The position numbers and the translations under genes were made by a program. DNA of 23,472 nt from Paraphysomonas bandaiensis (lineage: Eukaryota > Protista > Chrysophyceae): assembly GCA_965644295.1 (NCBI GenBank), contig CBFFRP010000189.1, positions 1-23,472 on the forward strand, read 5' to 3'. Shown piece by piece: positions 11,567-22,800 of the stretch. The first letter of the stretch is position 1. Every line of letters begins with the position of its first letter. The notes under the pieces were generated by a model. It made no database searches, had not been told where the DNA came from, and saw nothing but the letters and a program-made list of their open reading frames with translations.

Positions 11567-14500
11567 TCACTTCTTCCTCACAGACTGCGACGGAGGTGTT
11601 TTGTAGCTCTTGGCCAGTCCCAAAGATACAGAGGCAACAGGAACTGTACCAGGTCGCCCAGCAGGAGGGGTACTAGAATGAGAAGTAACTGTGTATCCTC
11701 TGGTAGAGGGAGAAGGACGCGTGGTGGGTGTACTGCTGCTGGATGGCTGGCGAGACTCAATTGCTGCAGCTGAAGTCCTATACAACAGCAGACACAAATT
11801 AAAGGTTCAGGAGAATACTTTGTTGCTCAAGCAAGCACTTTGTACACCAGTAACTACATTACCTCTCTGTGCTCTTGATAGCACTGGGATCCAGAGACAC
11901 CTTTCGGGAAGTTCCAGGAGTTTTTGTACCACCATTGTTGCTGTTCGTAGGCCCCGATGGAGTGGCCGGTGGAGAAGCACCTAGTAGAGGGATTCTAGTT
12001 TTGGCCCCCGACTCGGAACCAGTGGGGGAAGGCAAAGATTTTGCCTCACCCGCACCAGAATTTGTACCCACTGATCCCTCCGGAGAGCCAGGTTTACTTA
12101 CAGGTCTGCGGGTATACCCACTTGATACAGAGCCCTAAAAACACAGAGTTTGTCATCACTGGCGGATACGTTAACTTTATCCATAAGATGTACCTTATCT
12201 GGACGATTAACTTCAACATCATGGGCTTCTAATACAGCCCTGAGCATCGCCTGTGTTTCTGCGAGCTGTAGATACCAATTCTTTCAGAATACTCATACCA
12301 AGTAAAAGATATGTATGAAAGTAAGAAACATCTGAATTTCGCACAACAAGACATACACAGTGTATGTCCAATACATACAAGTATATCACAGGTACCAAAC
12401 CTGTGACAAAAGTGACCGTTGTGATCGTGGAACTCTTCCTTTGCTCGACTCCCTTTCAAAAAAATCCATATCATTGTCTTCCTCATCTTCTGATCTCTGT
12501 CGAGATAATCCTTTATCATCAGCTGTGGCAGACTTCTACACACACAATAACACATTACTCAATAAATACAAAATATTTGAATTGTATTACCGCTTCCTCT
12601 GCCACCTCCTCTTTGAGAGTCTCTTTTTCCTCTTCAAGATGATTTAAATCATCCTGAAGTTTCTCGATTAGCCTATTTTTAGATTCCACTACAGCTTTCA
12701 AGTCGTCTTTATCCTTACACGCCGCATCCAAAGCACCTCGTACTTTCTCTAGCTCCGACTGAAAGTTCGAGACAACTACTAACTGTTGTTCAACTAGCTC
12801 CTCAAGTTCTGCCATTTCTCGAGCATGTCGCGCCGTAATTTGGGCAACTTCCACCTTGTAAAATGTGTCTACCGCTTTCTCATGCTCTGCCACGCGCTTC
12901 TCCAGCTCGGCTTCTCTAACCTTTGTGTCCATAAATCTAACTTCCAACTCCTTTAACTGGATTTCTTTAGATGCCAGGGCTGATTCTTTCGCACTTTGAG
13001 CACTTGCAATTGAGTTGAACTTACTCGTCTGTTCGGCGCAATGTCGTTCTCTTTGCTCAAGGTCTTGGCGCAACGACGTATATTTCTCAACAAGAATAGT
13101 TGCCTCCGCATCTTTTTGCCGAAGATCGAGAGATTTTTTTTCGCAGTCAAGCTCACGAGCTCTCACCTTTCCTTCCAATGCACGTACAGCCTCTTCTCTT
13201 TCCTCCAACTGTCGCTGTTCAACCACTACCTTTCTATCTTTCTCACGTAGTAGACTGTCCCATTGCTCTAGTTCGCGCCGTCTCGTCGCTAACTCTCGTT
13301 CTTTTACGTCAGCCTCGCCTTCGCGGACTTTCAAATAGCTCTACCACGATATAACGTTATATATGAAATGTTTGCAACATATACAAGTCCCACCTCCTGA
13401 GAAGTAAGCTTCTCTTCCAATGCACTCAGAGTTTGTTCACTATTAGCCACCCTGCTGAGAGCGACCTGCAGTCTCTGTTCCCGCTCTGAGAACCCTCTCT
13501 GTTGAACTTTAAAGTTGTGTTCCATCTCTGCCAGATTTGCTTCACGTTGACTCAGTTCATTGAACTTCTTGTCTAACTGATCGCTCCAGTCCTTGAGTTT
13601 CTTTTCACGTGCCCTATGGTTAGTTTGCCATTCCTCAACAAGCTCCTCACGCCGTGTTAGATCAGATATCGACTGATTCCAGTGCGCCTGCTGCTCTTTA
13701 AGCGTATTAAGATGTTGGCGTAGCTTACTCTCGCGTTCATCAAGAGCTGCCAGCAACAGGCCAAGCCTACCCTCCTGTAAATGCCAGTGATGATCACGAA
13801 CAAATACAATAAAGTATACATGTATGACATAGTTCGCTGCAAGTTGGTGCACTCAATAACAATAAGAAGACATAAACGTAGTTTACCTTTTCATCAAGAT
13901 GAGTTTTTTCTGCCATTGTCTTGGTTCTTTCGGCCTGCAGCATCTCCTTTTCTCGATCCATTTTATTTCGCTCCTCTTCTATCTGCGATTGAATCTCATT
14001 CTGATAGTCCTCGAAAGCACTCTTTAAATCCTCCAAGTTATGAATCTCATCAACTTCTGCCTGTAATGAAGAGAGGTTACTTTCAAGGTTGTAAACCTCT
14101 GTGCTTAGTTGCTTTATTGTTCGTTTTGATCCATTCAGAGCTTCTAAAAGGGCTGCATTAGTTTTCGCCAAATCTGCAGCCGCATCTGCCGATGCAGTGT
14201 CCCCATTACTCGACTCAGACTTTCCTCCACCATGCAACAAAAGTAACTCTAGTTCCTTGACTTTTTGTTCTAATTCAACCTTTTCTTTCTGTGCCCGCTG
14301 GAGAGCATCATTGGAATCTTTTCCAGACTCATATTCAGCCAGCTGAAGACGTAGGTCGTGAATAATAGATCGGTACTGCTTTATCAGTGTTCGTTCGTCA
14401 ACAACCTACATAGAGAACAAAACTAAAAGCAGAAAATACACCATACAGATATCAGCATCAAACTCCTCGGCTAGGTGCATAGACACATTCACGATGGGGC

Positions 14501-15813
14501 ATCTATAGTACCTCATTGCTCTTCACATTATTTTTTATAGTTTTACACAGCTGTCCAAACTTCAACGTACTCACTGTCTCCTCCCTGTGCATGGGTGCGG
14601 GGGTAACAGTACATAGTATGCTAGTTAGTGTATTTCCCCCGAGGGATTGCTTCAAAATCCGGGTTAGCTTGGAATCACGGTAGGGCAGAAATACAGGTTT
14701 AGATCCCTTGACCTGCGGACAATCGTAAAATCACGATGTCGAAAATGAATAATGTCATCAGCCCTGTTAGATACACAATCCATGACTAGAATAATACATA
14801 CCTTTTTCGAGGCTTCACCCAGCTTGTTTATAACAGCACCTAGAGCTAGGAGAGATTTGTTAATATTAGCACCTTCTTTCAGGGTTTTCCCCGTAGCATT
14901 GGTACTCTTTTGGCGCTCAGATCCAGCAAGATCTACTAGATTCATGAAACTCATCCTGCTAACGCCACCAACACTTCCAGGTGTGTTAAACCCCCCTCCT
15001 TTATTACCCTTCGACTCTTCCTCCTCATCGTCGATGTCCTCGGATTCTATCGAGAGCCTATATATAGTATGGGATCGAGAGCTTTCAGCGTTCATCGTGG
15101 TCGAGCCGTAAGAGCGATTATGTTCACCTCTACGGAGGACTTCCAACAGCTCAGTGCCGTTGCTGACTGGCTCTTCGGTTAGGCCACCGATAACAGCGCC
15201 ACGTACTGCATCTTCAGAAACTATACGAAGGTTTTTTGAAGACTAAAGACATGAATTGATACAAGTCGTTATACAAGATGTAACATAATCATTTTAAACT
15301 CACCGGACCATCGCCAAGTAGGTCATTAATTTCTTCATTGTAGACCTCAAGATATGCAACCTTCAGGTTAAATTTGGTTTTGGGATGATTCTCAATGTAG
15401 TCGAAAATATCTCTAATGCATAAGATCATCATACCAGGATCTTCATCACAACCTCTCATTGTGTATGTTTTTCCACTTCCAGTCTGTCCATCTATATAAC
15501 AATCACTAATTAATATAATATATATAACAATAAGACTGTCTATACATGTGAATACAGTCCCATTGTATCCCTCCATAGCCTTTAATACAACAGGCTTACC
15601 AACCCGTTCATATACTGCTGTATTATTCTCTTCAGGTCCATAACACTTATCAAATGCATATACACGTTGTCCATTTGTAGTGTCTTCTAGTAAACTCGTT
15701 TCATTAAAGTTCCATCCAATTGTTTGATTTTCAGCTAATTCTCTCTTATTAAGTGGACGAATTCGGACAAAGACACGTACTGCCTCTTCACTTCCATCTT
15801 CATCATCAGCCAT
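11567..15813 (-). CDS. N-terminal-motor kinesin, kinesin-7/CENP-E-like, with long coiled coil and S/P/basic tail, ~1145 aa, 11 exons
   Basis: Motor motifs VRVFVRIRP, YAFD, GYNGTVFTY|GQTGSGKT (P-loop), YLEVYNEEINDLL, NAESSRSH (switch I), LVDLAGSE (switch II), LKEGANINKSL, LPYRDSKLTRILKQSLGGN. Exons 15813-15546, 15491-15304, 15242-14802, 14712-14512, 14405-13887, 13774-13394, 13340-12591, 12535-12401, 12265-12194, 12134-11863 and 11777-11567 (3438 nt, in frame). The subfamily call is by resemblance only. Confidence 0.88.
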
Positions 15814-16441
15814 TTGATCTTATAGAGGTGTGTATATCGTATGAGGCTACTTATGGAGAAGAAGATAATGCATGTGGGTGTGTATGTGTATGTGTATAGT
15901 ATGGGCCTCATTGTATCTATAGGTACAGTATATACATATACATGTATATAGAGCTACGCCGTACTGCTGTATATGATAACAAACCAAACTGATATATATG
16001 TAACCCGTTCATACTACCGTTAAATTTTAATACTGAAGATATGTAGCCGGTAGTTTTGATTAGGTAAATCCCCCGTCAGATGAAATACACGGGCATCCAA
16101 TCGTCCGTAGTCTTTGTCCAGTTGTATGTATCTTTTCCTCCATATGCCAGGCTGGTATATCGCCACTATTATCCTCACCAGCAGCAGATTATAGATTATT
16201 ATAGAACATATCGTAGAAGAATTTGGTGCCCTGCCTACAGCAGTATGTGGTAGATACGTACAGTACATACAGTATATGGCATGCTGCTGCTGCTGCCGTG
16301 TGTATATGGAGATATAGCTACATATGTGATCTACGTACATGTACAGTGTACTGGTATATGCATGCATTGCATCCATACAGCAAACAAGAAACCATAAAGT
16401 TGTCAGAAACTTAACCTTTACACACTATCTCAACAATAACT
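15814..16441. promoter_or_regulatory. Putative bidirectional promoter (kinesin / allantoicase)
   Basis: 628-bp spacer between divergent ATGs, with tgtatgtgtatgtgtatag, gtacagtatatacatatacatgtatata and tacgtacatgtacagtgtac tracts near both ends. Confidence 0.5.
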
Positions 16442-18222
16442 ATGCAAACTAATCTTGCTTCCACTGTTTTGGGTACAGAAATTGTATTCGCCACTGATGA
16501 ATGGTTTGCAGTAGCTGAGAATTTACTTAAAACTGAAGCACCAGTATTTAAGCCAGATCTATTCACTGAATACGGAAAATGGATGGATGGATGGGAGTCC
16601 AGAAGGAAGAGGACAGAGGGAAATGACTGGTGTGTGATTAAGTTGGGTATTCCTGGCATAATCCACTCCATAGAAGTGGATACCAGACATTTCACAGGCA
16701 ACTATGTACCTGCCTGTGTTATCCGAGGTGCTTATCTTCCACAGGAACCGGTATGTTCTATTCTCCATAGGAAGTGATGGTGTTACAAAGCGTCTGATGT
16801 TATGATATGTGTAGGAGGGGTTTGCGCAGTTGATGGAGAAGAGAAGAAGGCAGAACAGGGAGAGAAAGGATGGTAGGATGGGCTTGTGCGCCACAGCTGA
16901 GGAACATGCCTTAGTCAATACTGTAAACACCAAGGACTGGGATATTTTGGTACCTGAGTCTCCTTTGGGAGCTGGAACTGAAGAGACCCATCTTAATACT
17001 TTCATTGTAAGTATGCGATGTTTTAATAGTTATGGAATGCCTGCTGCATATCTGTGGCGTGTGGCCAATATGTTGTCGATTATTTTATTCTATTAGAATC
17101 ATACAATACATATGGTTAACATACTTTCTATCAGATTGACCCCTCATACCAGCGCAAGGTCAGCCATATTAGACTTGACATGGGGCCCGATGGAGGAATT
17201 GCTAGATTGCGAATCAATGGTCGCATCGTACCCGATATCGGCAGGATTCCCGCGAACAAGGTGCCTGCATGGATATACGTGACTTAATGGTTATTGGGTG
17301 TTGCCTGTTTATTTCATGTGCCGACCTATGCTGCATATCTATTCTCTCCGTCACATGACGTATTATTAGGACATTGATCTGGCAGCTATTGAACTTGGAT
17401 CGACTGCTGTGGCATGGTCAGACACCCATTTTGGACACCCGAACAACATGATCTCTCCTGGTAGAGGAAATTGCATGGGAGATGGTTGGGAAACAGCAAG
17501 ACAGCCCAAGAGACCGTTTAGCTACCAGAGACAGGCTGATGGGCTCATGTTGCTTCCTGGGTGTGATTGGACCGTATTTAAACTAGGTATTACATTTACC
17601 TGATTTCTTTTATTAGTAATTTTGTGACCCATCCCATTAGTGATGTTGTATGCTATGTTATTTACGTATGTACGCCATCATTAAAGATTACTGTCTATAG
17701 GTGTGCCTGGTCGTGCCAAAGAGCTTATAATTGATACCAACTTTTTTAAGGGAAATTATCCTGAAAGCTGCATGGTGAGACATTGTATACATTTCGCGTA
17801 TATATTCTTATTCGGTTTGTAGGTGGAAGGATGCTACCTACCTGATGCCCCAGATGAGATCTTTTCGGAAAATGGGGTAAGCTGGACATAATCTGCAGTA
17901 TTCGGTCTGCTATGTAAATTTCCAGTCGTAGAAATGTAGTTGTTCAGTATTTGTACAGCATGTAATGTGTTTTTAGGGAGCTCGAGTGGAGAGTAAGTGG
18001 AAGCCGTTGCTGAAGAGGGTGCGTCTTGGTCCTAACGCAATTCATAAGTTTCCAGCTGAACGCATTGTGAGTACATAAAGCTGTATATATCTGTACAATA
18101 ACACATTGTTCCTACAGGCTGGAAATATGTTTGTGTCTCATGTGAGAATCACCATATATCCTGATGGAGGAATCATGAGGTTCCGTCTTATCGGACAGAG
18201 AGCTCCTGAGAGTAGACTCTGA
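16442..18222 (+). CDS. ALLC: Allantoicase (allantoate amidinohydrolase), two allantoicase repeats, ~388 aa, 8 exons, C-terminal PTS1 (SRL)
   Basis: [55 protein letters not shown]; second repeat [45 protein letters not shown]. Exons 16442-16750, 16815-17006, 17135-17260, 17370-17586, 17701-17774, 17823-17876, 17977-18066 and 18118-18222. Confidence 0.95.
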
Positions 18223-18787
18223 TAATTCTCTTGGAATAGAAAGCATGCATGTTTCGAGTAATTTTTTGCATGTGATAGCTTGACGCATAAGCGTTTAAGT
18301 CCTCCTGAAGAGATTAGATAATTACGTGAAGATCTTGTCCAGAGTTCTGTGAGGAATAATAAGATTTTACTTTTTCTCTAAACGTAGTGCACATTGTAAG
18401 CCTCACCGACTAGTAGCGTTTCAGGGGTTCGTTATAAAACGATAGCAATGACTAGGCCATAGCATGACAGTCACAACTGACATCACTGAATTCAACGCTG
18501 AAGTGAAATTTTAATGCCCAGTGCTTATATAAGGAGGACTTGTACATGTATCACAATTTCCATTCAAGCATGTGAGACACTTAAACAACGTCTTGTACAT
18601 TATTCATTATTACCTAAGTCCATGATGCGAAAAACTAAAGGTGATTCGCGAAAAGATCCCATACAACAGTGTCATATTTGCAGTGATGTGAATTAATTAA
18701 CTTAAATTCAATAAATATATGCCCAACATTCTGATTATAGTTAAAAAAACAGGTAGGTAAACTACGATATATATATGATATGACTAT

Positions 18788-19217
18788 CTATCTCTTTGCC
18801 ATAAATTCGTCCAGTGCTCTATCGAACTCATTGTCCAACGAATCACACATAGATTCCATTACAGTCAGAGATTTTTGAAATACTTGAACAGCAGGAATAG
18901 AGTGAGATTGTACTCTGATATTCATTTTAGGTTCATAAGGATGTGGTACACTATAGCCACAAAAATCTGTTTCAGGCTGCTGCATTATGATATGGCGAAG
19001 AGGGTTGCCCAGTGTATGATCTGTGCATGAATTAGCATCAATATCATGCATGTCATACTAGTCTCACCTTCATTTCCTATGATAAAAGTAGCAGTTTTAT
19101 CCGAAGGACCGGGTTGCTGCATATATAATTAATATCACTATATAGACAATAGAGTTGCATGTATACCATATCATATAACTCATTAGTAACAGCCTTACGA
19201 ATATCGTTGACAGACAT
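18788..19217 (-). CDS. POLR1D: DNA-directed RNA polymerases I and III subunit AC19 (RPAC2/RPC19), ~110 aa, 3 exons
   Basis: Spliced product contains ATFIIGNE|DHTLGNPLRHII...FCGYSVPHPYEPKMNIRVQS (RpoL/Rpb11 family; FCGYSVPHP is the AC19 type). Exons 19217-19167, 19116-19068 and 19020-18788, with introns of 50 and 47 nt. Confidence 0.9.
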
Positions 19218-19874
19218 GACTGATAATTCTTGTTAGTTCGTATATATCTACTTATATTTCTCTTCAAACAATGCTAAACCAGCCAAGTAGTTTGCATGTA
19301 AAGTAATTCTAGTGTGCTTGCAGTGTATGTATATACCCATTAACGCTACATGGTACATACATATACGTACTGCACCATCCTCTTCCTGGCCACTGCTTTT
19401 CTTATGTAGTATATGCCAGTCATCCTATAAACCCCACCTTTCTAATAAAACGCTTATTTTTTATAGGAAACGTTTATTTTTTATTCTTAAAATACAAACA
19501 GTAGTCTGTATATGTATTGCAGTGTATAAGCATGCATATACGGCCGTTGGCTTTATGTCAGAACGATATTATACTATAGCGTATTCCAGAATACATATAG
19601 ATGTATTCTCTGTATGCACACCTACATACACAGACATACAGAGAGTATATACAGAGCTATGCATATATATATTTGCATATACCCTCATGCCTGTGTGTGT
19701 GTATGTATGATCTAACTGCGATAGAGCCGATAGTAACACTCACATCGCATTCCACTCCACTGTAACCACAACAAACACAGTCAATGAAATCAAACTAATA
19801 CATTCTCACTATAATACGCTCCTTATTAACAACCACACACATACATATATATATAAGCGTATAGAGACGATCAC
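19218..19874. promoter_or_regulatory. Putative bidirectional promoter (AC19 / Pro-rich EF-hand gene)
   Basis: 657-bp spacer between divergent ATGs, with gtatgtatatac, tacatacatatacgtac, tgtgtgtgtgtatgtatg and cacacatacatatatatata tracts. Confidence 0.5.
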
Positions 19875-22800
19875 ATGACAGACAGGTCTCCAGTGCCACC
19901 AGGAGCACGTCCTCCCCCTCCTGGACCCCCAGGACCCCCTCCTACATCCAGACCTGCTCCTCCGGTACCTCCTGGGGCAAAACCCGGTCCACCTGGTCCA
20001 CCAGGGCCCCCTCCTGGGACAAAACCTGGACCTCCCGTACCTCCTGGTTCGAAACCTGGACCCCCAGGACCCCCTCCTGGGACAAAACCTGGACCTCCCG
20101 TACCTCCAGGCGATAAGCCTAGACCTCCGGTACCTCCTGGGGCAAAACCCGGTCCTCCTGGTCCACCAGGGCCCCCTCCTGGGACAAAACCTGGACCTCC
20201 CGTGCCTCCAGGCGATAAGCCTAGTCCTCCAATGCCTCCTGGGACAAAACCAGGTCCTCCTGGTCCACCTGTACCTCCAGGCGATAAGCTCAGTCCTCCA
20301 GTACCTCCTGGTTCGAAACCTGGACCTCCTGTGCCTCCAGGAGATAAGCCCAGTCCTCCAGTACCTCCTGGTTCGAAACCTGGACCTCCCGTGCCTCCAG
20401 GCGATAAGCCTAGTCCACCGATACCTCCCGGTTCGAAACCTGGACCTCCCGTGCCTCCAGGAGATAAACCTAGTCCTCCGGTACCTCCTGGTTCGAAGCC
20501 TAGTCCTCCGGTTCCTCCTGGGACAAAGCCTGAACCTCCCGTGCCTCCAGGCGATAAGCCTAGTCCTCCGGTACATTCTGGAGCTAAGCCCAGTCCTCCA
20601 GGACCTCCTGGTTCGAATCCTAGTCCACCTGCACCTCCCGGTTCGAAACCTGGACCTCCCGTGCCTCCAGGAGATAAGCCTAGTCCTCCGGTACCTCCTG
20701 GTTCGAAGCCTAGTCCACCTGTACCTCCAGGCGATAAGCCTAGTCCTCCAGTTCCTCCTGGGACTAAACCAGGTCCACCTGTACCTCCAGGAGATAAGCC
20801 TAGTCCACCTGTACCTCCAGGTTCGAAGCCTAGTCCACCTGTACCTCCAGGCGATAAGCCTAGTCCTCCAGTTCCTCCTGGGTCTAAACCAGGTCCACCT
20901 GTACCTCCAGGAGATAAGCCTAGTCCACCTGTACCTCCTGGTTCGAAGCCTAGTCCACCTGTACCTCCAGGCGATAAGCCTAGTCCTCCGGTTCCTCCTG
21001 GGTCTAAACCAAGTCCACCTGTACCTCCAGGAGATAAGCCTAGTCCACCTGTACCTCCAGGCGATAAGCCTAGTCCTCCAGTACCTCCTGGTTCGAAGCC
21101 TAGTCCTCCGGTTCCTCCTGGATCTAAACCAAGTCCACCTGTACCTCCAGGAGATAAGCCTAGTCCACCTGTACCTCCAGGCGATAAGCCTAGTCCTCCA
21201 GTACCTCCTGGTTCGAAGCCTAGTCCTCCGGTTCCTCCAGGAGATAAGCCTAGTCCTCCGGTTCCTCCTGGGTCTAAACCAAGTCCTCCAGTACCTCCTG
21301 GGTCTAAACCAAGTCCATCTGTACCTCCAGGAGATAAGCCCATTCCTCCAGTACCTCCAGGTTCGAAGCCTAGTCCTCCGGTACCTCCTGGTTCGTCGGT
21401 ACCCGTTGGAACTAATTCTCGTCCTATTGATCCTCCAAGTGGAGTTACTTCCAGCTCGTCGTCTTCAGATACCACAAACCCGTCTGTCGGTAAGGTTAGA
21501 AAGTGGCCTCCAGGAGATAATTCTGGCCAATCTTCTGGCCCTGGTACTTCCAGCACAATTTCTAGTAGTACTCGTCGCAAATGGCCTCCTGAGCCGATTT
21601 CTGGCAAGGAAGATACTTCTTCTGTGTCCAATTTACCATCTGCTATTCAATCAGGATCTACTCAGGGCACTTCTAAACCACCTGAGCCGAAGGAACCCCC
21701 ACCGCAAAAAAGTTCTCATATATCAGGTGGAAGCAGTTCTTCAAAGCTAGAGGGTCGTGTACAACCTCAACGTGTAGCACAACAGACAGATTCAGATGAT
21801 TGGTCACAATCATCGGAAGAAGATACAGGTGATGGTTCGATGATGGGAACTGGTGCAGTTGTATCTGGGACTGAGTTAACTGGAAGCAAACCTGATACCT
21901 TATCTATCCCACTGGACAATGCAATGGAAACTACTAACCCAAATGAAGTATCTAACACCTCAAGTCTTTCAAGTGGGCCACACAAAGAATCTAATGTAGA
22001 GTTGGAAGGGATAGAGGAGGAAAAGGAGCACAATGAAAGCGCTGCAGTAACATCTGGGTTAGATGAAAACACCTTGCAAGAGGAATGTAGTGAAGGGGAA
22101 ACGAGGAGTGCCCAAACACATGATTCTGTGTCAAATGTATTTACAAATGACGACCTTCCGCCCACCCATAGTAGAGAAGATGCACCAGATATCTCACAGG
22201 TGCAGCACGTGGAGCCGTCACGGCCATCCAAAGATGTAGGTTCAGTGGTCAGTGATGATGTGTCTAGGTCGTCGAGCAAGCTGTCCCGCTCGCAGTCCAT
22301 GTTTCCTGCCCCCACGAGAACACCCAAGAAAGAACTCAAGCGACATCTGAGTCTGACCAATATTCCTCCGCAAATGAGCTCACGCTTTACAGATACTTCA
22401 AGTGGTGGATTCTTCTCGAAGGGTATGATCACTTCTGGTGTTCTGAAGCGACCAAAAGATCCATCTGCCGAGTCTGTCTCGACACTTCTGCAGCAGAAGG
22501 AATCGGGTAGCACAGATCACAGGAATAAAGAAGGGAAGACCGGGTTGCCAGCTGACGAGTTATCGTTTTATCAGCTCAAGGGTATATTTGCACTTTATGA
22601 CGAGGATAAGGATGGTTATATAACAAAGGCGCAGTTGATTAAATGTCTGCAACTCCTGGGCTTTCAGATCAGGGAAAAGCTACTGTTGAAGTACCTTAAT
22701 CCTCCTCCTGAAGTTAGTGAAAGAGCTACTTCTGAATCACCGTCTAAGAGTCCACGAGGAAGAAAAGGAACGTCATCCCCCTCAAAGTCAAGGAAGTCTG

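Noticed and set aside
18682-18734. Possible C/D snoRNA (gtgatgt...ctga)
   Set aside because: Imperfect C box, very AT-rich interior, no terminal stem or recognisable rRNA guide.
19890-21393. CRISPR-like or collagen interpretation of the 30-bp repeats
   Set aside because: The units are contiguous, have no unique spacers and are in-frame coding. Gly-X-Y periodicity holds only for a few short GPP runs.
19809-22513. Minus-strand ORFs of 586, 255 and 248 aa (Gly-rich, Arg-rich, Ser-rich)
   Set aside because: Antisense shadows of the Pro-rich repeat gene; the + frame carries the EF-hand domain and the synonymous-type variation.
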